The notes below the pieces were generated by a model. That model did no database searches. It was not told the origin of the DNA and worked only from the letters and a program-made list of their open reading frames with translations. A stretch of DNA of 64,000 nt from Paramoeba atlantica (Eukaryota; Protista; Discosea): the NCBI GenBank assembly GCA_977017575.1, contig CDRNVI010000016.1, forward strand, positions 456,165 through 520,164, read 5' to 3'. The translations under genes and the position numbers were made by a program. How positions within the stretch are numbered: the first letter of the stretch is position 1; each line of letters opens with the position of its first letter. Shown one piece after another: positions 42,271 through 52,837 of the stretch.

Positions 42271-43350
42271 GTGGCTCTAAGCTTCGTTTTGCAGTGGCTC
42301 TTCAAGAAAGGTAATTGCTTTCACCGGAATCTCTATTTAGAAGGAACCATTGGCAGCCATTCTCAAAAGCACATCAAATGTTTAGTGGATCTTGAGCCTC
42401 ACGTAACTGTTGCAGCGGTGCCTGTTGAATCTTTACTATTTGCAGACGATGTGCCCCAACTTTCATCATTTGAGCTCCCAAATGTTTTATTACGTGCCTT
42501 TCGTCTCACACCATCAGCATCAACTTTGCCGTCACAACCCCTCGAAAGAATTTTAAGTAATTCTCATTGTTTCCCGTCTCTTCTATCAATTTTTCGTCTT
42601 TCATGGTGGATAGCACTCCATCGAGCGGAGCTCGATAACTTTTGGCCTGTAGTGAATACGAATAGGTATTCAAGTTGGATACGCTGTTTACCGTTACAAC
42701 CATCGTCAATGTTTTTCGTGAATAAACAGGAGAAATATTTTTCATCCCCCGTAAATGATACCAAAGCATTTAAGATAGCCGAAAAATCAGGTATCACGGC
42801 ACAACTGATGGAGATACACGAAACTTGCCTTAGGTTCATTCAGTCTTATCACAATCTCTTGACAAAAGAAAAGGCCATGCTCAGTGAAAAGGATCTGAGT
42901 TCTATATTTGTTTCTCCTTCTCTGCGCCTCTTATATTGGGCTTGGCGCATTGTGCACAGTACGTTGCTACTTGTTCCGAGTCAAACGAGGAATAAGAAGA
43001 TAACCAGCATGCAAGAAAGTCAAAGTGTACCTATTGAAAGCGTTACGAAAGACGCAGAAATAGCTCTTTGCCCAATGTTGAGTTTCTTCAAAAAACAGAA
43101 TGGGAAACTACAAATGATGCAGGAAGAGAAGGTTCCAAATTTGCGAATCGATGTACTACGTGATTTAACTGAGCTCAGAGAACTAAGGCCGCAATGGAGA
43201 AAACGCAAATTTTTATCTTCCCCTCTTTTTGTTGTTCTAAGAACCACTTCCCAAGTCAAAAAACATACAGATCTCATTGTAGATACTCGAGAAGAATTTT
43301 TTTTTGACAGCAGCAATTTAGCAAAGCATTTGTATAAACACGGAGGTTAA
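42271..43350 (+). CDS. SET-fold (Rubisco-LSMT-like) protein with degenerate catalytic motifs; no in-frame ATG until 42709
   Basis: FVLQWL…, IKCLVDLEPHVTVAAVPVESLL, SWIRCLP, YWAWRIVHS; LCPMLSFFKK occupies the LVPxxDxxNH position. Confidence 0.6.
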   Translation: MALSFVLQWLFKKGNCFHRNLYLEGTIGSHSQKHIKCLVDLEPHVTVAAVPVESLLFADDVPQLSSFELPNVLLRAFRLTPSASTLPSQPLERILSNSHCFPSLLSIFRLSWWIALHRAELDNFWPVVNTNRYSSWIRCLPLQPSSMFFVNKQEKYFSSPVNDTKAFKIAEKSGITAQLMEIHETCLRFIQSYHNLLTKEKAMLSEKDLSSIFVSPSLRLLYWAWRIVHSTLLLVPSQTRNKKITSMQESQSVPIESVTKDAEIALCPMLSFFKKQNGKLQMMQEEKVPNLRIDVLRDLTELRELRPQWRKRKFLSSPLFVVLRTTSQVKKHTDLIVDTREEFFFDSSNLAKHLYKHGG

Positions 43351-43646
43351 GGCACTCTGTGGACCATGTGGAGAAAAGTACAGGTGGACACACCTACAAC
43401 AGTGCTTACTTTGGTGTCTGCTCAAGTATTTCGAAAATTTCAAAATCTTAAGATTCTTGAATCTGAGACAATTATTCTTCTAAGATTCTTCTAAGAAAAG
43501 AAAATGGCGACCTACTTCCAATTTTTGAAGGATGTGTTGGCGACTTGTACGGGGGATAATAGATAAACATCATTATAGATACATTGTATGTAAAATACTA
43601 ACGAACACCTATGTGGCGGGTACCGGCTTTATGATAGAAAGGACAA

Positions 43647-44693
43647 ATGCGCTTCAATTCCGCATTATGGTATAGCATTTACTTGTTTCGTGGATTCGTT
43701 TTTTCTTTAATTATTTGCACGACTGCTTTTACAGGTTGCTTCGTTCATTTGCCGATAACGTTTCTTCTAGGAAAGTGGAAACAGCGGATTCGATCCGCAC
43801 TCAAGAGCACTTTTTTCGCACTTGCCGCCTTCTTAATCGAATTTATGTATGGTGTAGAATGCTATTCAAATCTGGATGAAATAACTTCAACGAACTCGCT
43901 CTCCGGAGCAAATATACTCATGATTTCTAATCATCGAACACGGATTGATTGGGCTTTGCTCTGGATTCTATTTGCAAGGTATCCTTATTTACTACTGGAG
44001 TTAAAGATTACTCTGAAACACAATCTTCGCAAAATTCCACTCTTTGGATGGGCAATGCGTTCCTTTGACTTCGTTTTTCTACGTCGATCATTCCAGATAG
44101 ATGAACAAAAGTTATTATCATTGTTTTCCGAGAGCAGAGGTCCGACAGTTGTACTGCTGTTTCCAGAAGGTACTGATTTGTCTCCGGGAAACCTCGAGAA
44201 GTCTCGGAGCTATGCCATTCAAAAACACTTGTCGGTCACGCAGCACGTGCTAGTACCACGAACAAAGGGTTTTTCTACTTTGCTGAGGCAAATAAAAACT
44301 TGTCCACCGTACTTTGTGCTAGATGTCACCATGGCCTTTCAAGATCGAGCGGGACACCGTCCCTCAGAAGTAAGCTTTTTTGATGGTACTCTACCGTCCC
44401 GTGTTTACTACCACGCGAGATTACGGCAAACGTCTGATATTACTTCTGAAAGTGAACTTGCTGATCGACTTTTTGAATACTTCGAGGAGAAAGAAATTCT
44501 CTTACAACAATTTTACAACCGTGGGTGGGAAAATTTGTGCTCAAAAACAAAAATACCCACTCTGTGCTACCTTAAAAGTATTGCATTCTGGCTACTGTCA
44601 AACCTTATCGTATGTAGATTTATGTGTTACCTTTACGTGCCATATACAGTGCTTTGGATGGTTTTCGTTGGTACCGTGTTCTCGCTTACTTAA
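43647..44693 (+). CDS. Lysophospholipid acyltransferase (AGPAT/LCLAT1-like)
   Basis: NHRTRIDW (HX4D), LKHNLRKIPLFGWAM, LFPEGTD, HVLVPRTKGF; N- and C-terminal TM segments. Confidence 0.92.
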   Translation: MRFNSALWYSIYLFRGFVFSLIICTTAFTGCFVHLPITFLLGKWKQRIRSALKSTFFALAAFLIEFMYGVECYSNLDEITSTNSLSGANILMISNHRTRIDWALLWILFARYPYLLLELKITLKHNLRKIPLFGWAMRSFDFVFLRRSFQIDEQKLLSLFSESRGPTVVLLFPEGTDLSPGNLEKSRSYAIQKHLSVTQHVLVPRTKGFSTLLRQIKTCPPYFVLDVTMAFQDRAGHRPSEVSFFDGTLPSRVYYHARLRQTSDITSESELADRLFEYFEEKEILLQQFYNRGWENLCSKTKIPTLCYLKSIAFWLLSNLIVCRFMCYLYVPYTVLWMVFVGTVFSLT

Positions 44694-45017
44694 CGCGCTA
44701 TAGTAAAATTAATATAATGAAATAGTCGAGTAGGGGGTTACTGTACCTGCTCGGTTAGTGTATGCTTATTCTTGTTTATATTTTAGAGAGTCCTGTGGAG
44801 AACGTATTAAAGGTGCTTTAAGACTCAGAACCGCTGTAATCCCGCTATATTTTTTAATGCTCATATATATTAATGCTCCTTTTTTTTGATTGCTCCTTTT
44901 TAATGCTCATATATTAATGCTCATATAAACCATCCTATGCGTGAAAGAGTTTTGATTACATGCCGAGATGCATCAATTTTTTTTATAATCCACTATAATC
45001 CGTCACATCAATAATTA

Positions 45018-45672
45018 CCGTGAAAACATTAATTAAGAATAACATAAATTAAGGTAACTTTTTTTTGGCACATAATTATTACCTTAATTTCTGGTACCTT
45101 AATTAATGTATGAGCCCAGATTTTGTAGCCCAGATTTCCGGTGTCGATATCTTTCGAAACTTGAACAAAATTCAGTTGAAAGTACCTACAACGCCTTTGT
45201 CCAGATGAGTTAGAATATTTGAATTCCATGCGTAGAATCATAATTCGCAATTAGAACATTAGATACCACACCTTTAATCTCGCGCACCTGTGCATTTTTT
45301 TTCGCTCATTTTTTCATTTTTATCTGTTTTTCACGTCTTTTTCATTGATCTTTCCTCTCCCCTACTTAGTGTTTAATTTTGCCCAATTCTACTAAACACT
45401 AAATAGGGGGGGACGGTAATCAATTTTGAGTAGTTTTTAGGAAATAGCTTTTAAGCTTTTTTCGCTTGCAAATAGGTCTTAAGCATGCCTGCCTTATAAG
45501 ATTTTTGAATGCACGCTGATGGGTTCTAAGTTGAAAATAACCATTGCCTTTCACGAAGCGACTAAAAGAAAAATTAATTTTGCGATAGATTTTCGGAAAA
45601 ATGAGTGACACATAATTATTACCTTAATTTCTGGTACCTTAATTTTAATTACCTTAATAAGCGTTTTGACGG
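45018..45672. mobile_element. Non-autonomous TA-flanked element with CCGT termini and subterminal direct repeats
   Basis: ATAATTACCGTGAAAACATTAATTAAG versus the reverse complement of the right end, ATAACTACCGTCAAAACGCTTATTAAG (22/27 by hand). Perfect 36-bp direct repeat at 45069-45104 and 45609-45644. Confidence 0.75.
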
Positions 45673-45734
45673 TAGTTATTGAAGTCTTTAATTCCATGCA
45701 ACTCTGACATTAAACCTGTTGTTAAGTACTTGGG

Positions 45735-47669
45735 ATGATGCAACGGGATCTTGCTGTTTCCCGGGACTCTTCCACGAGTTTGGAGTTACAGAACAATGAT
45801 GTTTATCTGAATCATATCGTGCATACGAAGGAACAACCCGAAGAGGGTAGACGACGCGAACTCGTACTCGTAAAAATCGACCACCTCCTTAAAGAGTGGG
45901 TAAGGCGAGAAGTGATTAAGAAAGGTAAAGGCAAACTCGCGGCGCAGGAAGCAGGAGGCCGCATGTTCACCTCTGGGAGTTACCGCATGGGGGTACATGG
46001 CCCAGGCAGTGACATTGACGTCATTCTAGTCGTGCCACAGTTCATCACCTCTGCTGACTTCTTTGAAAGTCTCTATGCGATCCTCAAAGCCCACCCGGAC
46101 ACATCGGAGATTCGCCGCACCCCCGGGGCGCGCCAGCCCATCATGTCGCTTACATTCATGCAGATCTGTCTGGATATGCAACTCGCGACGCTCCGACAGA
46201 GTAGCGTTCCCTCGAATATTGATATATGCGCTGTAGGGACACTACGAGGGTTGGACCCCACAACGCGTCGCACCCTCTCCGGACCGGCCGTCGCGGAATG
46301 TGTTCTGCGTGCGGTGCCCCAAGTTCGGACCTTCCGGGAGTGCCTCCGTGGGGTGAAGCTGTGGGCCACCGCGCGCGGGGTAACGAGCAGCCGGATGGCC
46401 TACATGGGCGGGGTCGCGCTCGCGATTCTGGTCGCCCGGGTGTGTCAGCTCTACCCGAATCTGTGCTCCGCAGGGCTGCTGCATAAATTTTTCTCCATGT
46501 ACTCAGGGTGGTTCCGCGCCGACACCACGCAGCACCGCAATCAGCCGATTTATCTCACTGCGAGTTTGACGGTGAGTGAACCGGAATTACGGAATATCAG
46601 TTGGGATAGCGCAAGTAAGATGCGTGATGCCGGCGACATTCTGCCTATTATTACCCCCGCGGTGCCTTATCAAAACACATGTGCCCAGGTTAGTCGCTCC
46701 ACATTGCGGATCATTTGTGAAGAATTCGTTCGGGGGGCAAATATTTTGGATCGTGGCATGCAAGAAGCACAAAACGCTGCTACAAGTGATTTGTCAGCCA
46801 AACAGATATACGAAGCATCGTTCAAAGAGCTATGTCTCGACACAGAATTTTTTGCTCGCTACCCGTATTTCTTATCCGTCAACGTCAGTTCTGCGGATAT
46901 GCAAGACTTTAAAGATTATGAATCTGGAGTTGAAAGTCGTATGGGTGTTCTTTTACGATCACTGGAGAAGAACAATGCTGACCTAACCTGTCACCTGATG
47001 CCTCGGATGTTCATGCATCCCGAAGCGGAACCTCCCGAGCTGGCAACAGGGGCAGACAGACCGAACACCACTAAAATATACACAGCTTGCATATTTATAG
47101 GATTTTTAGTGGAACAAAAAAATGCCCAAATCGATATTCGAAAGGCGATTCAGGACTTCAAAGACAGTCTAAATAGCCTTGTGGAATCGATGAAGGCGGG
47201 AAACAATACGAAGTTAGTACTACTTCCACAAAAGAAGATTCCCACTTGGATTATCACAGAGGAAGAAAGAAGGAAGCTTCGTCATCAGTACAAGACACAA
47301 TCCAAACCTATCGTTTTGCCAATCGAAAATATAGAAAAAAACGGAACTGACTCTGCCACCGGTCATGAAGAAGTTTCGTCCAAACGAATGAAGGTTTCTC
47401 ATGTGGAACGAATGAAAGAGGACAAAGTGGTCACCGAAAATGAATCAGAATCTCTTAAAGCAAGACGAAATTCTGATATGCTTACGCCTGAGAACAAAAT
47501 CGTAAAAGAAAATGAATCAGAAACTCTTCAACGAAGAGAAGAACCAGACGTGCCTACCCCTGAATACCCTGAGAAACCAATAAGCAAGGAAGTAGAGGAA
47601 CCTGAAAGTCTTCCAGGCACAATGAGCGACCAAGAAATTGAAGACGTGTTGGCATCAATGTACAATTGA
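45735..47669 (+). CDS. PAP: Canonical poly(A) polymerase
   Basis: GSYRMGVHGPGSDIDVILV nucleotidyltransferase motif; FRECLRGVKLWA…GVTS…YMGGVALAILVARVCQLYPN; PIITPAVPYQN. Confidence 0.95.
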   Translation: MMQRDLAVSRDSSTSLELQNNDVYLNHIVHTKEQPEEGRRRELVLVKIDHLLKEWVRREVIKKGKGKLAAQEAGGRMFTSGSYRMGVHGPGSDIDVILVVPQFITSADFFESLYAILKAHPDTSEIRRTPGARQPIMSLTFMQICLDMQLATLRQSSVPSNIDICAVGTLRGLDPTTRRTLSGPAVAECVLRAVPQVRTFRECLRGVKLWATARGVTSSRMAYMGGVALAILVARVCQLYPNLCSAGLLHKFFSMYSGWFRADTTQHRNQPIYLTASLTVSEPELRNISWDSASKMRDAGDILPIITPAVPYQNTCAQVSRSTLRIICEEFVRGANILDRGMQEAQNAATSDLSAKQIYEASFKELCLDTEFFARYPYFLSVNVSSADMQDFKDYESGVESRMGVLLRSLEKNNADLTCHLMPRMFMHPEAEPPELATGADRPNTTKIYTACIFIGFLVEQKNAQIDIRKAIQDFKDSLNSLVESMKAGNNTKLVLLPQKKIPTWIITEEERRKLRHQYKTQSKPIVLPIENIEKNGTDSATGHEEVSSKRMKVSHVERMKEDKVVTENESESLKARRNSDMLTPENKIVKENESETLQRREEPDVPTPEYPEKPISKEVEEPESLPGTMSDQEIEDVLASMYN

Positions 47670-48030
47670 AACAATTCTTATTTGTGCCTTTGATCCATAC
47701 TTAATGGTTTCCTTCTTATGCGTGAAGGAACATATTTTGAGATGAGCTACCGAGGCTCCTTCTTCACAAGTGTGGAACTCCCTACTTCAGTGTCATCGAT
47801 GATGCTATTTTTTACAAACACATTTCTGATGATTGAATACGGGCACGTATAATCGCAGGATTCATGCTTTCTATACATTTGAAGTATGTAGTAGGGGTCC
47901 TTTAGTTTAAAAATAAATAAAGAAAAACAAATTAAAAAAAAAAACATTTAGTTTAGATGTCTATTTTAATTCTATTTCCATCCGCCCAAACTTATCACAG
48001 CCTTTTTAACAATGACGAAGGCATACAGCG

Positions 48031-48753
48031 ATGAACACGCAAACACTCGACCAAATACGACCGAACGCAACTTTTTGGCGTGGGAGTAGGCTTTTCTTAT
48101 CGCATGCAGCTCGTTCTGTTACACCTTCCACTTGGACATTTTACTATTTTGTTTTACATCTGGAAGTACACACAGATAGAAAGAACATCGGGGAAGAATT
48201 CGACATAAGTAGATCATTAGTTCTTCCCGAAGATATAAGACAAAAGATTAAAATCATGCTTCAATTTTGTCTACGCAGCAGTATCGAGGGATATTTTCAA
48301 GCGTTGAAATATAGATGCAAGGATGGCGCCCGGTATGGCGTTCAATACGTGATTTACCCCAGACAGTCGAGCCACACAGGCCGCGTTTCTGGTCTTTCAC
48401 ATGCGGAAAGCGGTGTTTTAATCGCTATTACCAGTAAGGAAACATCTTCTATTATTCCAACATTAAGCAATGCACTTCAAATTCCGATTCGTGAAGTTGA
48501 AACAGAGATGCCTGCTGCCATCGCGGATGTTTTACCGGAATTAACATGGCGTGATGTTGTTCGAAGCGTACGTATTCTACGCAGTGTTGGGAAATCATTG
48601 CGACTATTGGTGATTAAATTGGATGCTTCATTGTCGCCAAGAACAAAATTAAAAAATAAGAATGTGTTGGTCAATGTCCCACCTATATTTCGTGTAGTTC
48701 AGGACGAGGAGTATTCCTATGCAAATGCACATGCTTTATTTTCCAACATTTAG
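48031..48753 (+). CDS. 240-aa hypothetical protein
   Basis: ATG ORF on the cluster strand, globular composition, no family recognised. Confidence 0.7.
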   Translation: MNTQTLDQIRPNATFWRGSRLFLSHAARSVTPSTWTFYYFVLHLEVHTDRKNIGEEFDISRSLVLPEDIRQKIKIMLQFCLRSSIEGYFQALKYRCKDGARYGVQYVIYPRQSSHTGRVSGLSHAESGVLIAITSKETSSIIPTLSNALQIPIREVETEMPAAIADVLPELTWRDVVRSVRILRSVGKSLRLLVIKLDASLSPRTKLKNKNVLVNVPPIFRVVQDEEYSYANAHALFSNI

Positions 48754-48939
48754 TGTCTACTATACTGTTTATGATTGTTTTCAAAAGCAAAACGATTTCT
48801 TTCTATAAAAATGAAACTAAAAAGCGATTCTCTTCAACGAGTATTACACTTGAATACCTAAATGGTATCACTGTCGTTCCGCATGGGTATATTCCCAGAA
48901 ATCTTTCAACATTATTTTTCTACGCTTCTTAACTTTTAA

Positions 48940-49575
48940 ATGTCCTTCCGCAGTCAGGTTTTTTCGCTATGGTACGTCGTGTCACTGGTGTGTACTTTGT
49001 ACTTATACACCCTCAACATTGCTCTACCAGTGTCAGGAGGGTATCCCGCGTACTGCCTTCCTCCGGCCTCGTACGGTAACCGGTCCCGCGCGGCTCCCGT
49101 GTCTGCATACTGTCAGCGCCATAAACAGCTCTACTCCGCGGTCGCACCCTACACGGGTTTAAGCTCTAGGGATCTGAGCGAGGACCTGCGACGTGTTGAC
49201 AAGACAACGCTAACTCTTTCTCTCTCCCCTCCCAATTGGTACATTGCGCTCTGCGCCGTACACACCGTATGCATGGCGTGCAGCATTGTTTTTCTCCTCC
49301 TCAGTTTGCTCTCCAGCTTCCTTGGTCGGGTTTTTAAGCCTGTGGCGAATCTGGCGGCGCTTGTGATGATGGTACTCCCGATTGTGTGGTATCAGCTCTC
49401 TGCGGTCAGTGGACTGCAGACGCGTACGGCTACTGCTTTGTTGCAATCCTATTTCTCCTCTTCTATCGGCGCGAAGCTTATTCTCTCTGTGTTTTCCCTT
49501 CCTATGCTGCAGCTTGCCTACGCAAGCACACTGTCTTCTGTCAAAGGTCGTCGAAAAGGCTCGAAGAGAGCTTAG
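48940..49575 (+). CDS. Hypothetical multi-pass (about 4 TM) membrane protein
   Basis: Hydrophobic helices at the N-terminus and three in the C-terminal half; Cys pair in the first loop; basic tail KGRRKGSKRA. Confidence 0.7.
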   Translation: MSFRSQVFSLWYVVSLVCTLYLYTLNIALPVSGGYPAYCLPPASYGNRSRAAPVSAYCQRHKQLYSAVAPYTGLSSRDLSEDLRRVDKTTLTLSLSPPNWYIALCAVHTVCMACSIVFLLLSLLSSFLGRVFKPVANLAALVMMVLPIVWYQLSAVSGLQTRTATALLQSYFSSSIGAKLILSVFSLPMLQLAYASTLSSVKGRRKGSKRA

Positions 49576-49970
49576 TGGGAAGTCTTATTCTTCGTTTGAG
49601 ATAGTACAGTTTTGATTTCGAAGTTTTATTGGAATAATGATTCATGACCAATTGAGACAGTTTTTACAAGCTATTTAATTAAACGGAAAAAATCTTTCTG
49701 GAGACAAATGAATACCTCAGCGATACGAAGTTATGGGCGCGAGTTTTTGTTGGAGGAAAGTTAGATTAGTTTTATTGATGAGATCCTTCGGTTCGCATAG
49801 AATATCGAGGTTTACACGTTAGCAATCATACCGAAAATATGTACGTTGGTCGATACGTGCAACTGTAATGCACGTTAGACAGCATCTCAAAATTTTTTAC
49901 TTTTTTTATTATTGTGAGGCAATCCGCGCATTTTTGCTCTTAGTGACCTTTACTCTGTTTCGTTTCAATA

Positions 49971-51818
49971 ATGGTACAAGAAACTAGCCCTGAGTCACAG
50001 CAGTCGGTAGTGGGACAGCAAATTTTTTATTTGGTCCTCCTCTATTTCGCCATAAACTATGGATCTGGGTCTTCGAGTAAGTCTCAAAAAGTAGCCCCAC
50101 GAAGTACGCAAGGAAAGTCTCTTTGGTCTGTTGGAGAAAAGGCATCCATGTACATTTTTCTCTCTCCTTCTGAGCAGCTTCACCTGGTGAATGAAACAAA
50201 AACGAATAGCACCAAGTTTTTACGTACGAGTTCGTCGGTTACGCTGTCAAATGCAACCTGGTCATTTCAAAACATCACATTCGACTTTTCAACAGGTAAT
50301 GAGCTAAATTTGCATCTTGAGGATGTGGAAAATCATTTGGGCTTTCGGATGGATGAAAATATACTTGAATCGTACTTTTTGCATGTTTTGTACACCCGCA
50401 GGGGATACATCCCAAGAAGTTTTGAAACTTCTGATCGGTCTGTAGTGTATTTACGGCAGCCCCTCATTCACTACAAAGAGTCTGTTGCGAAGCCGACACA
50501 CTCATTACTTGGGGAGGAGCTAGAAGGTGCTACATCGAAGCTTTCTGAGCTAAGATCCCGTAAATGGACAACAACGAAGGGAAATACAACTCTAGCCGCT
50601 CACTGGAAGCCTACAATAGCATGCTGTCCGGTTGTTGATGATGCGGACCATACTGAAACAACCACAGATATGATAGTGCCCTTCATTACACAAACACCTG
50701 ATAAATCCTTCTACTATCCGATTCTTTATCCGAATGCTCTGTGGGACCGACAGAGTGAGTACACACGGCTAGACACCAGGGAAAAGGACAACCCTTTGTC
50801 CCTTTCGGTTTCAATTTATCCTATTAGCTTCACTCGCTTCACCCTCTTAGAGAACATGCTACTTGGGCTGGAGGGACAAAAGTCATGGGGAATCACACAG
50901 CAAGAAGTTGACGATATGAAAAGTATATTTACCGACACAAATCCCTATTTTCTTGCACTCACCATTGTGGTAAGCCTTCTCCACATGTTCTTTGAATATC
51001 TGGCCTTTAAGAACGACATCTCGTTCTGGAAAGACCGGGAAGATTTTACTGGACTCTCCGTACGTACGTTGTGTGTCAACGCGTACTTTCAGCTTATCAT
51101 TACACTTTACTTGTGGGATAATGACACCTCCTGGACTGTGCTACTTCCCAGTATTGTGGGTTTACTGATCGAGATATGGAAATTGCGAAAGCTTATTCGT
51201 GTACGGCCCAAACAACGCGGTTGGCTGCCCTTCCGTTTTGAACTCGTGGAGGAATACGGCAGTACGAAGACGAATACAATCGACGACCAGGCGACAAGAA
51301 TATTGGGGTACATTTTAGTCCCTGCTTTGCTGGCCTACGCCACGCACTGCGCATTGTATGAAAAATACACTGGGTGGTACTCTTTTGCGATTCAGACGCA
51401 GGTAAGCTTTATTTACGCCGCGGGATTTGTGCTCATGACCCCGCAGCTTTTCATTAATTACAAATTAAAAAGTGTAGCCCACTTGCCATGGCGCACATTT
51501 GTATACAAAGCTCTGAACACGGTAGTGGACGATTTTTTTGCGTTTATCATCAAGATGCCGTGGCTCCACCGACTGGCATGCTTTCGGGATGATCTAGTGT
51601 TCTTAGTGCTCTTGTACCAAAAGTGGATTTACCCCGTGGACTACGCGAGAGCCAATGAATTTGGACAAGTTGGAGAAAAAATGGAAGAATTGAAAACAGA
51701 TGAGGAGCACACCAAAACAAATCTCGGCAGAACTAGCATAGAATCGATTACAGAGGCACAAGAAAACGTACGCGAATCGGACGTAAAGTCGAGTAGTGAT
51801 TCGGAAAATAGTGAATAA
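49971..51818 (+). CDS. CLPTM1: CLPTM1-family membrane protein (lipid scramblase-like)
   Basis: FEYLAFKNDISFW, PQLFINYKLKSVAHLPWRTFVYKALNT, HRLACFRDD, RANEFG. Confidence 0.95.
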   Translation: MVQETSPESQQSVVGQQIFYLVLLYFAINYGSGSSSKSQKVAPRSTQGKSLWSVGEKASMYIFLSPSEQLHLVNETKTNSTKFLRTSSSVTLSNATWSFQNITFDFSTGNELNLHLEDVENHLGFRMDENILESYFLHVLYTRRGYIPRSFETSDRSVVYLRQPLIHYKESVAKPTHSLLGEELEGATSKLSELRSRKWTTTKGNTTLAAHWKPTIACCPVVDDADHTETTTDMIVPFITQTPDKSFYYPILYPNALWDRQSEYTRLDTREKDNPLSLSVSIYPISFTRFTLLENMLLGLEGQKSWGITQQEVDDMKSIFTDTNPYFLALTIVVSLLHMFFEYLAFKNDISFWKDREDFTGLSVRTLCVNAYFQLIITLYLWDNDTSWTVLLPSIVGLLIEIWKLRKLIRVRPKQRGWLPFRFELVEEYGSTKTNTIDDQATRILGYILVPALLAYATHCALYEKYTGWYSFAIQTQVSFIYAAGFVLMTPQLFINYKLKSVAHLPWRTFVYKALNTVVDDFFAFIIKMPWLHRLACFRDDLVFLVLLYQKWIYPVDYARANEFGQVGEKMEELKTDEEHTKTNLGRTSIESITEAQENVRESDVKSSSDSENSE

Positions 51819-52098
51819 GATGCCACTTGCCCTAATATGTACACTATGTATTGCAATATGAGTAGCAATGTTGAAAAACGGAATAGGAGTTTACTAAGTA
51901 TAAAAAATTTGGGCGGCCTACTACTCATACGACAATGTTGAATTCGTGAAAACCTGAGAGTGAATTTGTGTAATTATTACCCAATTTAGTATTATTACTA
52001 ATAGTGAATGTATGATACTTAAGAAATTAAGGTGACCGAAAACATTGAAACCCCAACTGACCTCTTTATGACACCTTTTTTCCTATTGTTTATAGAGG

Positions 52099-52599
52099 AT
52101 GTTGCAATACTCTAGGGTGCAGCTTCGTCCGACAAAAGATACCCGTTCCTCTTGTATGCGTGTCCGCAGATTCACCTACATGAAAACGCCACGATATGAA
52201 AGTCAGCGTTTCGGCTCACGTGCCTGCCGGATTCGCCAACCAGCGCCCAGTATTAAAGGAAGCACTGGATTGCAACACTTACGTGATCCAGGGACGAAAC
52301 AGCGTATTCTCGCGATCTATGATGCCCAGGAGTTCAGTCGTCGAGAGTGGAAAGCGAGGGATTTCGACGTCTACGAGATGCCTTTTGATTTATCTCCAGA
52401 GGAACTGCAGTGTGTGGTGCCGGAGCCTTATACGGAGTGCACTCAGCGCTCCATCAAGGACGGGATTGGGATCAAAGGGCGTGTATTTGAGCGAGAGCGA
52501 GTGGCTCCGTTTCTTTTTCCAGGACAACAAATCCCTCAGCCACCTTCACCCAAGTTTACAACTCAATACACCGTAGAAAAACTATTTGGTCCAGCTTGA
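52099..52599 (+). CDS. 166-aa basic protein, probably mitochondrial (possibly mitoribosomal)
   Basis: Arg-rich N-terminus MLQYSRVQLR…; AG just upstream of the ATG; family not recognised. Confidence 0.65.
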   Translation: MLQYSRVQLRPTKDTRSSCMRVRRFTYMKTPRYESQRFGSRACRIRQPAPSIKGSTGLQHLRDPGTKQRILAIYDAQEFSRREWKARDFDVYEMPFDLSPEELQCVVPEPYTECTQRSIKDGIGIKGRVFERERVAPFLFPGQQIPQPPSPKFTTQYTVEKLFGPA

Positions 52600-52826
52600 G
52601 ACTATTCTGACGTGTTTGTTGTAAGATCGGATGTTGTTGTGTATAATGAGGTTCTGAGTATAGATAAATACATTTAAGATGTACATTCTAGATTCGTAAT
52701 ACCTGGATCAATAAAATCAAATCGAAAAACCAACATCCTTATCATTATGATCCTTGACATTACATTTACCGTTTTTATATCCATTTCCAACATTTTTTTC
52801 AGTACGTCACCTTTCCTACTAAGGTG

Positions 52827-52837
52827 TTTTTATTTAG
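52827..52837 (+). promoter_or_regulatory. Example of a putative trans-splice acceptor (T-rich tract plus AG directly before the ATG)
   Basis: TTTTTATTTAG|ATG. Similar AG-near-ATG sites at 499-500, 7638-7639, 8609-8610 and 22686-22687. Confidence 0.45.
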
